Origin: Paraspadella gotoi
Lineage: Eukaryota > Animalia > Chaetognatha
NCBI GenBank assembly: GCA_051294375.1
Contig: CM119264.1
Location: forward strand, 16,651,245-16,715,244
Length of the DNA stretch: 64,000 nt
Direction: 5' to 3'
Shown here: positions 37,923 to 51,500 of the stretch, piece by piece
Position numbering within the stretch: position 1 is the first letter of the stretch
Layout: the number at the start of each line of letters is the position of its first letter
Notes under the pieces: model-generated
What the model was told of the DNA's origin: nothing
Databases searched by the model: none
Seen by the model: the letters and a program-made list of their open reading frames with translations, nothing else
Made by a program: the position numbers and the translations under genes

Positions 37923-39820
37923 ATTTCAGCTTCTTTCCGCAGCCGACGGACAGCAGACGACGGGCCCCGCTGACCGAACGGGCCGTATTGAATAATAAGT
38001 GGTCGTCAGGACTTTACAAATATGCTTTTTTCTTTTTATATTAAATGTAAAAGCAAGATGTATTAATTAATCAAATAATTAATCAATTAATTAATCAATA
38101 ATTAATCAGTCAATTAATCATCAATTTATTATGCAATAAATCAATTTATTTATTTATTAATTAATTATTCAATCAATCAATTTATTTATTTATTAATTAT
38201 TCAATCAATCAATTTATTTATCAATTAATTAATTATTCAATCAATCAATTTATTTATCAATTAATTAATTGTTTAATCAATCAATCAATTCAATCGTCAT
38301 CGCATTATTGACATCGTCTCCATCATCGTCATCGTTGCTTTTGCCGTGGCCAGTGACGAAAAGACTTAAAAACAGACATTTCGGATCAAATTAATTAATT
38401 GTCTAATCAATTAATTAACTTGAATTAATTAATAAATTAACAGATCCGACATTGTTTGCTCAAATTTGTTCAATTTTATCTTTGTTGTACATTGCTCAAA
38501 AGTCAAATGTAATTGTTTATGAAACATCTTTCTCTCTCTTTTTTTCTCTCTGACCAAAATTTAACTTCCTTTCACAACTTACTCAATCAGGCCTTATCTA
38601 AAACTGTCCTCACTATTAACCACTGTCCTCTCTCAATTCTTTTTTAGAAACTTTAAACTTGGTTTCTCACTATTTCTTTCTTTATTACAATTTTTAGTCG
38701 GATCTACTTATCAGCAGATTCCAACTCTATAATTCACTTTGTCGGTCCGTCGGTCCCACCCCAATATCTTGTCGGTAAATCAATTTTATCATATCAGAAC
38801 ATTGAATAATGATAAATTGTTGTTTGAAAACTTCGCATAGAATTCTTTATCTCTAAAACACTATGAAAGAAAGAATAATACAATCATTGTGGATGATTGG
38901 AAATGGATATATATTATATTATATTTGTAGGTGATCCCAGATTTGAATACGCTCGGGAGGCTTACGGAAAAATGATCTCGCCACACGTTATTATCAAATA
39001 AAATTAATGAAAAAATCCTATTTAATAAAATTATAAATAACAATATTTATACGAAAAAAAAGAATGATAGATGCGATAATAATTAATGATTGATTCGATG
39101 ATAACGAATGTTAGTTGATCATTGATGCAGTGATAGCCGACATTGATCCGATTATAGTCAATCAGTGAAGCGATGAAAGTCATTCAATGATACGATAATA
39201 GCCATTCAATGATGCGATAATAAGATATTAAGCGCTGGATCGTTATACTTATAATTTTTTTCATATTTTTATAATTTGGTTTTAAAATATTTCTAAAGGG
39301 TTTGACCGACAAAATAATTAGATGGTGGCCGACCGACCCACAAAATAAATTTTAGAGTCGACTGTGCTGTAAGGAAACAACAACAATTTCATAAAATTCG
39401 GCTTTAAAACACAAAATCCTGTCCAAAGTCAGGGACAAGATAGCTCATTTATCAAATGAATGGATAATTTTTATATTGGTTGTACAAATTTCATGGCAAA
39501 AAGTAAAGGTTTTGCTCTAAACTAAACCGACAATGGGTTAACAAAATCTATAATAGCATAAGTTCATATGTTCTGTTCTTATGCGTCCCTTTCAAAAAAC
39601 AAGTTTGAGCTAACAATTTCGGATCTGCCTACGATAATTAAGTGGTAATCAGCTAATCTGATGATAAATCACGTCAATTCTTTCTGACTTTCAATTTGTG
39701 ACCTTAACATAATCATAACATAACAAATCATGTCATACTTCTTTATAAATCTACGAAAAAATCTATAAATCAATTGATCTATCAATGAACTAATAGCTGC
39801 GCCAATAATAACTTGCATAA

Positions 39821-40036
39821 TTTGGTCAACTGACATAATCTGGTCACATTTCATAATTTGGTCAACTGGCATGATTTGGTCAACTGGCATGATTTGGTCA
39901 ACTGGCATGATTTGGTCAACTGGCATGATTTGGTCAACTGGCATGATTTGGTCAACTGGCATGATTTGGTCAACTGGCATGATTTGGTCAACTGGCATGA
40001 TTTGGTCAACTGGCATAATCTGGTTAACTGGAATAA
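39821..40036. repeat. 18-bp minisatellite (TTTGGTCAACTGGCATGA), 12 units, 8 perfect
   Basis: Head-to-tail units starting at 39821, 39839, 39857 ... 40019; no spacers. Confidence 0.95.
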
Positions 40037-40094
40037 TTCTGTCATTCAATCGTTCTATCTGAGAGAGAGAAAGATAGAGAGAGAAAGAAAGAGA

Positions 40095-40746
40095 AACTAA
40101 AAAAAACAATTTCCAATGAATGTGATTTTTTTTTCCATTTCCGTTCGCTCGATTTCACCAAAACTTTATGTCCAGCCCACACTTTCTTACCTACACACAA
40201 TATTTCATCTCAATAAATCCATTTAATTGTGAATAATTTGAATAATTGTGAGTAAATATAATTCAAAAATTTCAAAAAATGTCACTTGTGTTTTTTCCAT
40301 TATAACTCATTTCCACTCGCATGATTCCATCCAAACTTTATATCCAGCTCAATCACACAGTTTCTTAACCAGACACTAAATTTCAGCTAAATCCATCAAT
40401 CTAATTATGATTAATTTGAGTTAAAAGATTCGAGTAAATGTGACTTGTTTTTTCCATTTAAACTCATTTTCCCTCGCACGATTCCATCGAAACTTTATAT
40501 CCCGCTTTGTCAACCAATTTACAAACAAAACACAAAATTTCATTCCAATCCATCCATCCAATCACGAGTTTTTTGCTAAGGGGGGACGGACAGACACAGA
40601 GACGGACGGACATCTTTTTTTTTTTTTGCATAATTTATCATAATTCGATGTTCTGACATGATTTAAGTGAGTGCCCGACAAGATTTAGGGGGGGACTGAC
40701 GGATTATAGAGTCGGGGATCTGCTGATAAGCAGATCCGACTAAAAA
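40095..40746 (-). mobile_element. Helentron/DINE-1-like element with internal ~160-bp tandem repeats and terminal hairpin
   Basis: Three ~160-bp repeats (ttttttccattt..tcgc..gattYcaYcNaaactttat), ggacggacagac tract, terminal hairpin ggatctgctgataagcagatcc before a T/A run. Confidence 0.6.
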
Positions 40747-41719
40747 AGGGTTTGACATTTTAATGATTTATAAAACTTCAGATATTTCATCTATTGATCT
40801 AACGAAAGATCGAATCCATTGAATTAGATATCCACTAATCCAGCTATCCATCGCTATCGGTCTCTGCTCTCTTTCGCTAGAATCTATTATCATTGTTTGG
40901 TAAAACTTGTATTTTTTTAGCTTTTACAACAGTTACAGTTAAATTGTGTGTTGTGTTATTTTAGAAAACGATTTAATGTCTTATATATTGTCGATTCTTG
41001 TTTCTGTCTCATTTCGGTGCTGTCCCATTTCACTTTTATTCAACGATTGTCAATGATGAATCCTGAGTAAACCGCGACCCGACAGCCGCTGCATGCTACT
41101 CCCTGCAGCTGCATACAGCTGCGCGCCGTTGATAGGAAGCTACGGTCCAAAGTCGAGATAGGACGAAAGAGAACGAAGCTTCCACAAAAAAGGAGAAAAT
41201 AAAAAAATTATAAAACGTGAAGCAAGAAAAGTTGGGACTCAACTGCGGGTGAATTTGGGACCACTCCGACTCTCAAGCAAAGGGAGCGGAACGAGAAAAG
41301 AGAGACGACGACAGTGCGCACATTCTTATCCGTGACTTGGCCTTGTTTAGTTTCCAAGGCCACCGCGCCACTGTTTCTTCCACTTTCTCCTTTTAATCCG
41401 AATACGCCCAATTTCGAGAAATATCTTATATTTTTTCTCTGAATAATAAAAAACACTCGCTAAATTCATGGCGATCCTGGAGTTTAATACGCTCGGGAGT
41501 TATTAATTTCCAGGAATGTTAATTTTTATTATACATGAAAATGTTAAAAATTATTATTTAAACCTTAACCTTTAGACCCCTTAACTCTAAACCGCCCAAC
41601 CCTAACCAGTAGAGTAGAGCACTGGGGAACATAATTTTTATTTGAGTAAACAAACAATAATATTTAGACTTGAGATAATATGATTAAGGAGTATAAAAAA
41701 TATTTTGTTTATATTGTTT

Positions 41720-42135
41720 GGGGAACAGTATCATTAATTATAATATATTTATAGTAATATCCTTATAAAATTATAAATTTTCAAAATAATTTTTTTTAAA
41801 TTTTTATTAAAAATTATGATTCTTCATAATTGTGATTCTTCATAAAAAGATCAAAAATATAAAATATGTTATTAAAAATTTCCAAAAATGGGGGAAAAAA
41901 GGCTAAATTCTTTACTTTTTCATGCTTTGTAGTAGAAACTATTATATGATAAAACGTTTTGGTCATTTTTTTCAGCTTTAACCTAAAAATATCATGTAAC
42001 ATATTTTACAAAAGTTTTTCAGTTTTTTCCGGCGAATCCGAAACTGTTCTTAAAATTAAAAAAATGTGATTTAAAAATTTTATGATTTTATAAGGATATT
42101 ACTATAAAGAAAATTCAATTAATGATACTGTTATT
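41720..42135. mobile_element. Foldback/MITE-like element, same family as 19421-20132
   Basis: aacagtatcattaatt..tttatagtaatatccttataaaatt versus ttttataaggatattactataaa..aattaatgatactgtt. Confidence 0.65.
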
Positions 42136-42579
42136 TAAATTTTTTTAAAAAACAGCTTATTTTTTATTACATATACAAAGGCAACAAAAAAATATTGTTC
42201 CATCGCTCAATCTTTTCATCATTCCACCCTACTAACCAGCACTAATCTTAAATCCCCCCTAACCATAGTTTTCATTCTGTATCAGCATCCTATAAAAAGT
42301 GGATCTATAAAAACGTTTTAATAATTTGGCTCGCTGTTCGATTATTCCATTTTAAGAATGTTTCCATGAACATTTTATTGCATATTTATCGTGCACTGAT
42401 CAGATTATCTTATTTTTTACAGAATTCGGTATAAATTTTTGTAAAAAACAGTAATTTATATTTATCTCAAGTAGAGATACGCAACGCCTTCTTCCGTTTT
42501 TGACCGACCTTTTGTCAAATTCTTCGATCATTGACAAACTTTAGAAAAGCGTAAATCTGATATTTTGCGTTGTTTTACG

Positions 42580-45500
42580 ATGGAAGAATTTGAACTTCCA
42601 AGCGACGCACCCAAACCGCGATTGTGCCATCTCATTAAACGTTCAGACTTTGTAGGCTATGGCTTTAATTTGCACGCAGAGAGAAACAAAGTAAGTTTTC
42701 ATATGTTTATACATACAGCTGTATATAATTAATTTATGAAGATATTGTTTTGTACAAATTTTTGAATAAAAAATTTATTTTACAATAATAGAATATTAAT
42801 CTTAAGCTAGTAAATAATTTAAATTAAAGTCAATTAATTAATTATAGTTTTTTAATTATATCATCAATGATAATAATATTTCAATAAAAAGTTGTTTAAA
42901 AATTTTATTTTTTTATATTATTTTTTTTTGGTATGCGGTACAAATGTAAAGAAACGTTTTGATCAATTAAGTTCATTTATCTTGCATTGACCTTTTTTGC
43001 TTCAGAATTTGCCTGAGGTTAGGTTTGTTTTTTAATTAGCCCTTTGGTTAAAAGGGCATAGGTTATATTATAAAACTTATTTTATCTGGAAAAAAAAAAG
43101 TATTTGAACTAGTAGTAGGGGTAACCTATCTCAGTAAGAAAGCTATTAAAATTTTTTTTTTTAAATTGTTCTTCTATGTGAAAGTAGACATCAAGACTAA
43201 AGTTTTGTACCTTTGCCCCTTTTGATTTTAATTTTATAGTAGATCTCTATTAGTAAAGTTGTATATAATTTTATATATTTCTTACTCATATTTGAAGATA
43301 TATAGTTTTTGTAGTTTATTAAAATTACGTATTTTATTTTTTAATATTTTAACCAGTCTATACATTTTTAATTTATTTTATATTTTTTATTATTGGGTAA
43401 AATTATACTTTCATTATGTAAGATTATCCCAGTAATTTTTTTTTTTTAATTTTTTCCATGAAAAAAAAAGTTTTTCGATTATTACCCCAACCATTTTTAA
43501 CCGTAAGCAGTAACCTCCCTTAACCCTAACCAGCTTTAACCCTAAAGACCCTTAACCTTAACTTTAATTACATTAATCTTAAACACCCTTAACCTTAACC
43601 ACAAAAGTTATTAATTTTTTTTTTATTTTTTGATTAATAGAAAGAGTTTGAATTATTTTCTTCCATAACGATTGCTTTATTTCTTTGGTCTCTCTCTTTC
43701 TCTCTCTCTCCCTCCTTTCTTTTGAACAAAAATGTAGTCTAAATTTCAAACCTATTAACGCTGATTAAGGCTCAAAATTAAGAGCCAAAACATGTACGTT
43801 TATGAAAGAAATAAACCAATCGTTGAAACAAATAATTCAAACTCTTTCTATTAAAGTTAATATTATAATTTTTTTAAATTTTAATAATAAATTGGTTAAA
43901 AATAGAAAAAAAATAAAAAATTATCATATTCATCATTGGCTGAATTTTAATTTTTTTGGATATTTTTGTTAATAAAATAAAAATTTTAAAAATTATTAAA
44001 AATATTTTAAAAAATATTTTAAAGCTTTATCAGAATCTATTAAAAAAAAATTAAAATTTAACTTTTAATATTAAAATAATTTTTAAATGCTTCCTTGTGC
44101 TTATCTATAAGATAAATTTTAAAATTATTTTCATTTTAATATTTTCTAACAATCATTTTACTATTATCTATTGAAAGAACTTCTAGTTTTCAACCTGTTC
44201 CGACCTATTAACCACCCCTAATCCTAACTCATAACCCTAACCATCCCTAACTCTAAATACCTTTAACCCTAACCAAACTTTGTTTGATACCATACGGAAA
44301 AAAAGTAATAATATATACAAGTATAAAAATAACCGACTGGGTCGGATCTAGTCGGCAAAAGTAGATTAGTTCCATTTATTTATTAATTGATTAAATTTTT
44401 TTTTTTGCTTAAAATATTATTGATTGATATTTTTGGATTATTCTTTTTCGCCTTCAGCTCGGACAATTTGTGGGAAAAGTTGATATCGGTTCTCCCGCTC
44501 TTTTGGCTGGAATGCGTGAGCACGACCGAATTGGTGAGACGAACTTAATAATCACGACAATTTAACAAAGACTGCACCTATGTTTACGTTCTGCCTTCAG
44601 TAATAGATTTTTATTAAACTTTCACAAAAGATTACCAATTTGAACTCTCTTAATTTTCTCTCATGTTTCTTTTGTGGAATTTAAACTGTTTAAAAAACAA
44701 GTTTGAGCAAACAATGTCGGATCTGTCTACAATAATTAAGTAGTAATCAGCTAATCAGATAAATCACGATAATTAATTAATTAATTAATTAATTTAGCTG
44801 ATTACCGCTTAATTATCGTAGGCAGATCAGACATTGTTTGCTCAAACTTGTTTTAAAGAATCCCGATGAAAGAGGGATTGATGCTTGAAATTTATTAATT
44901 CCTAATTTCCAGTGGAAGTAAATGGGGTTAACATCGGAAACGAAAATCATAAGCAAGTTGTTGAACGAATCCGCACGAACCCGAACGAGGCGCAACTGCT
45001 GGTGGTCGACCGACAAACGGACGAGTACTATAAGGAGAGAAAGATCGTAATCAAAGGCTCCCTTTCTAACGTTTCTTACAAAAAGACGCCAATGACAGAC
45101 GAGATCAATAGTGCGTAATTTTTCAGATTCAAAAATTGTTTTTCAGTTGAACTAATAAGAATATAGTATGTATATGTACATTATACAATGTACATAATTA
45201 CATATGATGTATATTGTATAATAATACAAATGATATACAATACATACATAATGTAATATATTATATACGTATACACAATATTGGCTTTTTTACATTGACT
45301 TTACTACTTACATAATTTCTGCATTTGTCTTTACAAGATTTTTCGTTTTATTAATTCTTAGGTCATGAAATTAGTGGATTGGCAACTGAAAGCGCTAAAT
45401 CATCTTATCAGGTCAGTGATTATGATACAATTAACCTATATCTCGCCATAACATAGCAAAATATTTGCCAAAATATAATGAAATAGTTTCCGAAATGCGT

Positions 45501-48500
45501 TAAGACGCGGTGTATAGTCTCGTGGAAAAACTTATTCACGCTACACTTTTGTATATTTCTTTATCTTGTGACAACAATTCTTGCTCTTGAATATTTATTG
45601 TTAAATCTCATTCTAATACATAACTGTCAAAACGTTTTTGGAAGTACTTATTATATAGGTTTAATTTGGATAATGATGAAAAGCTTAAAATCAGGTGAAT
45701 TGAAAAAAAGACAAACACTGTCATATTCAGTAACGATCAGTAAAAAATATGGTTTTTATTGTGTGCAATATAATGCCCGCGCATAAAAACGATTAAGCGT
45801 TTTGAAAACATCCACAACGCCTTGTAGTTGCTTAAATTTTTTTTTTTCATTGTAAATAATAAAAAAAGGCCAAACCCTTGTAGTTTGAAACAGAGACAAA
45901 ATTTTATACCATCGGCATTGTAATTTAGCTGGGGTAAACTTTTTGATTAAAAAAAAGATATATGTATTAAACCTCAATTTGTTACTAAAAATCAAGAGCT
46001 ATCTTTTAAACCTATCAACTTCTCATTTAAAAGAAATTTAAGGCATTACAATCATCCAATTATCTCCAAATTAGAATGATTAAACAATTTTGCTTTTTTC
46101 TAGTTTTTGTTTTTATTTTGTGGTTGTGATTTGTTGGGAATTTTAACAAAGATCCAAAAGCATTTTTTGAAAACTTATATTCTTACAACTTTGTTTATAA
46201 ATTTTTAAAAATATATTTTCAAATTTAGTACATTAAAATAAGTATATTAGATGATAAAGTTAAATATTTTTCATTTAAAAAAAACTTGTGAAGTAATTTT
46301 GCATTTTGAAAATTTTTCCCACTCGATTTTGTTACAATCTGATATTTGTTTTTTTTATATATATTATATAATCAATTTTTATGCAAAATTATAATTCTCA
46401 GTGAGGATGGTCCAAAAAGATTTTTTAAATTTTTTTATCTTTTTCCTTTTGTTTTCCATCGGAATTCAATAGTTATAGAGAACATTTTTTTTTCACCTAA
46501 TGTAACTATGACCTATTGCTATTAATTTTGATAATTAATGACTTTGAATAATACAGTGATGATTATTTTGTTAAAAAAATTTTAATTTTCTCTTTAGTTG
46601 ATATCATATCATTCATACAAATTTATTTTATAAATTAATGAAAGACTATAATAATAACAATAATAATTATGTACAGTTAATAAAAGAAACAGAAAGAGGA
46701 ACAAGGACATGCTCACGGCATAAGTTCTGAAAATGTTGAAAAACATGGAGAAAGCGAGAGAGAGAGCGAGATTGAGAGGAAGAGTGAAAGCGATAGAGCA
46801 AAACCAAAAGTGAGAAAGATATGGAAATTTGTAGTATAAAAAGATTAAAGATTTGCTTTATGTAAATCAATAAAATATGACAAAAATAACAACTTTTTCA
46901 CCAGGTTTCTTTGTTTTTAATATTATGAATAAATATATGGTATTTGTTTTTCAAATACATTTCAAAACAAATTTTTGATAGACTTGCTACAATGTTATTC
47001 GCATAATTAATATAAAAAATAAAAATTAAATTAAAAAATTAAGATTTATCTTTTATTTTTTTATTTAAACATATTTCCACTAGCTTGTTTCCATTGAAAC
47101 TGGAATTCCAGCTCAATGAACTATCTTTTTAACCACAGACAAAATTTCAATTCAATTGATTTATCCAAACATAAGTAATTAGACTTTAAAGCTAAATGTA
47201 GAAGGACGAACAGACAGATTGATGGACTGACAAATATTTGAATTTTATATATCAAATGACAGCTTAAATACTGCATTATTTTTTAAGAAATATGTTAGTA
47301 ATAACCTTTCTTTTCGTTGTTCTATGTATTGAGGCAAAATGGTTTTTGTTTTACAACGATTTTTTTTATTTTTCATAGAAAAAACGGACATGTTTCGGCT
47401 TTCGTTGCAAGCCTTCTTCAGCGTTAAACAATTTGTGAATTTTGGACAGTTTTTTGTGTGAAAGAAGGGAGAGAGGGAGAGAGAGAGAGACAGGGCAAAG
47501 TTTCCAACACAGAGTTGAGAAAAGAATAGTGGTCAAGTGGTGAGGACAGGTTAAGAATGAGGACAAATAGAGATTTTAGTTGTGAATAGGAAATGAAATG
47601 GTCAGATTGAGAGAGAGAGAGAGGGAGACGGGGAGAGAGAAAATAATACATTTCAAATGTACAACAAATAAAGTTTTAAACTAAATAAACGGTTATTAAC
47701 AATTAAATAAATAAATAATTTTGAGTGGAGGTGAAAATGAAATGTGAAAGTGAGAAAATACATTTAGTGTTAATAAAGTTAGAAATTAAGAGTTAAGATA
47801 GAGCTCAAAGTGAGCTGGCCCCCCTTGGTTTGGACAAATGAGAGGCTCGGGCGATGGGGCTGGGTCATTGGCGTGTCATTGGTTGAGAGGACAATTGAAC
47901 CGAACATGTTATTGTCGGGCTAGGGAGGCTTCCTTGCGGAAAGATTCCAAGCGCTACTCGAATGTCTCTTTGGCCTGATACGCCTGCCAGCTGCCCTCTT
48001 CTCGCCTGCTGACGAGGTGGGCGGTTGTTTAACGCTGAAGAAGGCTTGCAACTAAAGCCGAAACATGTCCGTTTTTTCTATGAAAAATTAAAAAATTCGT
48101 TGTAAAACAAAAACCATTTTGCCTCAAGAAATATGTTATACACTTATTACATATTAATCTAATATTCTTTTTAGTTCTATTTTTGTTGGCATTTATGTAT
48201 TTAACTGTATCTTGAGAGCATTTTGCATTTATTTTGTCACATAACAAGTATTTACCAAGGATGAGACGCAATAAAAAAAATATAATCAATAGTAACATTT
48301 TTTTTCGACTGCTTATTTTTTTTATGAGACTGTACATTGCATCTTAACCTGCAGATGAGTTATCTTGTACGTTAGTCGCGTATGTTTTTATAATTTTTAT
48401 TATTTTTTTAAATTTTATCGACTCAAAATATTCTAGCTCTTTGTATGTACAAAACGGTACGCTTAACCCACCCGTGGGCTATCTTAAAGTTACACTTGAA

Positions 48501-51500
48501 TAGACAGTATTATTGTTATGTGTTAGTGACCGAACCGTTCAATATAAGCAGTCCCTGAGCTTCGGATCAGGCTGTAACACCGTGTTACAGGCGGGTTAAG
48601 CGCCCCGTCCCTCTTAACTGCTAGGCGACCACCGGGCTAGAACCCCGGACTTTTGGGTTGGGAGGCGAATGACTTACCTCCGGCACCAATGGCCGCTGAT
48701 GAACGGTTGGTGGATTTTAGTCCACCATACACTTGACGAGATAGCACGAAACATACCCCAGAACATAACTTTTGTCGGAACCGAAAGTGGATCGATTTAT
48801 GATGACAAGGGGCAAGATAGCTAATTTATTAAATTATTGGATAATTGTATATAAATTTCATTAAATTCAGTTCCTTGTATTTTGATGCTGGGCAGAGTAT
48901 TCCAGGATCTAATACTTAAGGTAGTTGTCTTTTTTTACAATTGAAACATGAAACAAGACAGGTACTCTGGGAGTGAATAAACGAGACTGTGAGGGAGTCT
49001 TGATTGAAAGCTTGCAGGGACCTGCTATGTTATTATCTTGTAAAAGTGATGGAGGCCTTAAACCTCCAAAGTCAGGGGCAAGATAGCTAATTTATTAAAT
49101 GAATTGATTATTTTTATATTGGTTGTACCAATTTTATATCAAAATTTGACGCGAGTGACAGAAGGCGTCCCGGGCAACAAAAGGAAAACTTATAAAAATT
49201 TAATACATACAATACAAAGACAAAATTACAGCATCAGTCCTTCTTTTGGACTCTTTATTCATACTTTAATCACAGTTCTAATCCTACTTAACTGCTTTAA
49301 ATGTATTAGCAAATAGCTTTGTTAATAATGACCAATAACCTAGTTATTATTTTTTTTTTTTTGCCCGCTCTCTTGTAAGAACTAAGTATATGGACCTACG
49401 TACATAACTTCTCTCCAAATTGTTCCTGCTTACTTTAAATAATTTACTACGACATTTACTAATAAGCACTTTATTGTAAGTTAATTTTTAATTCTTCATT
49501 CAAATTTATGACCTCATTAATTTTTTTTTTTATCACAGAGTTCCAGAAGAGTCATGGTTAGATGTAGTTTAACAAAACTAATTAAGTCATACCATAGTTA
49601 AGTGTAATTCTGGAAGTTTGTTATTTTGCAGTTACTGTTACGGTTTATGCATGAGATAACATAATTTTTTTTATCTTTGGAGTCTCGAGGAAAATAATGT
49701 TCAAGATTAAGAAGCTCTAGACCCTCTCTGTTGTTTGACGGGTGGTTAAGTGATATTGATAACTTAACCTTAATTTAAATATATAATTTAAAAAATAATA
49801 ACTTCCTAGTATTACGGGTGAGTCAAAAAATTATGACATCTAAATCTTTCTGCTTCTTTCGTTAAGAGAAACCAAATTCTCCAAATTTTAATTTAATAAT
49901 AATAAAAAATAATAAAAAAAACCTCCTTATCTCATACATAGGCCTCTAAAAAGAACTAATCTACAAAAATCCCATAATCACATAATTTAAAGATAATGTC
50001 ACGTTTTTTTCTAATTGGCCCCTTTTTGATAGATGGCATTCAAGAGCATGGCAGGACAACAATTGAATCATCTTTTTAAAAACTTTTTCTGCTTCTAAGT
50101 TCAATGATGTTCCAACTGAGTGTAAGACAAGCTCGAGGTATTTTTTTGACTTTTATATATAAAAATGGTAATTATTCGTTATCAAAACATTACCAATTGA
50201 GAGCGTCTAGAGCTGCAAAAATTCTTAATATACATATGGTTTTATTTTGGTTTTTATTATAAAAGCCCGTCGGATTTGCAAATGAGTGGAAACTGTCTTT
50301 GTCACTAACTTCGAAATCCTACAAAAAGAGCAATTAATGAGTGTTTCTTGTACTAAATAATTTTGAACATAAATAAATTAATATTTGGTTAGTGATAAAG
50401 ACACTTATAATGTAAATTAATATTACGTTTAAGTTGTGCATGTCGGCTCGCTATTATTTGGAAATTGTACATACAAAAAGCTCTCCGTTTACAGGAAATC
50501 GAAGAAGATCCTAATTATGCGACTGTTGCTCATTCTCTGCCTCCGCCGCCTCCCGAAATCCCTGCACCCCCATCTCCTGCGGGTGAGACTAAACTGAAAC
50601 GCGTTATTAGACTGCGTAAATGTATAACAACACGTAATTGTCAAATCATTGTCATAAAAGAGGACTTCCCACCCGACATTCCGGCAAAGTGTGACACCGA
50701 GGAATTTCCTCTTCCTCCCGAACCGGTCGTTGAGAATCAAGATCATTCGCCACGAGCTAATAATCTCGCCACTGCAACTCCAATAACCCCTCCCCAGGAA
50801 CGTGATGATGTTCAGGTTGGGTGAATTAATTAGTATTAGAATTTAGTTTAAAATTTGGCGATCCTGGACGCTTATTGGAAAATGAAGAGAAAAAAGAAGA
50901 TAAAACAAAGATAGTTTCTTTACGTTAAAAAAAAATTAAGACTATGTAATTGAATTTATCGGATAAGTTACAGGGGTGAAAGATCCCTTTTAATTCTTCA
51001 AAAAATCTTTTTATCTCGTTAGATTTAAATTGACTTTTATTTCAAATGGTCAATTGGGGAGAGAGAGAGAAAGAGAGAGAAAGAGGGAGACTCTCTCTTC
51101 CTCCCCTTCTTATATAAAAAAATTTGTGAGTAATTCACAAAATAATTTGGCTCTGATGAAGGCTCGAATTTGAGCCGAAAAATATTCGTCCATTATTAAA
51201 TTAAATTGTTGTAAAAATACTCAGTCTCTTTAAACAGTTGACTTAATAATAGTTAAATTTCATTCAGACCCATATCGAGATTTCCGGCCATCGCGAACTG
51301 CCACTGAACGATTCAATGACGCCTCCACCCCCCTACGACTCTGCAGGAGCCGTAAGTCGACCATCGGTTAATAAGGGTTTTCTTTAAAATGAACAATATC
51401 CATCTTATAATACTCATGATACTTGTACACTACTTATAGGTGACGCCCGAAGCGTCTCCCCACTCTTCACCATCTTCAGGTCCACAATTTTCGACCGCGC

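Larger units (their letters stand above)
47298..48125 (-). mobile_element. Non-autonomous Penelope-like element (inverted pseudo-LTRs carrying hammerhead ribozymes)
   Basis: ~103-bp inverted arms 47329-47431 and 48025-48127; direct repeat AAGAAATATGTTA at 47285-47297 and 48126-48138; 31-nt one-sided tail at 47298-47328; no ORF. Confidence 0.75.

Noticed and set aside
39821-40036. 18-bp repeat as a CRISPR array or a VDQIMP-repeat protein
   Set aside because: No spacers, no cas genes, eukaryotic context; the ORFs have non-ATG or internal starts and low-complexity flanks.
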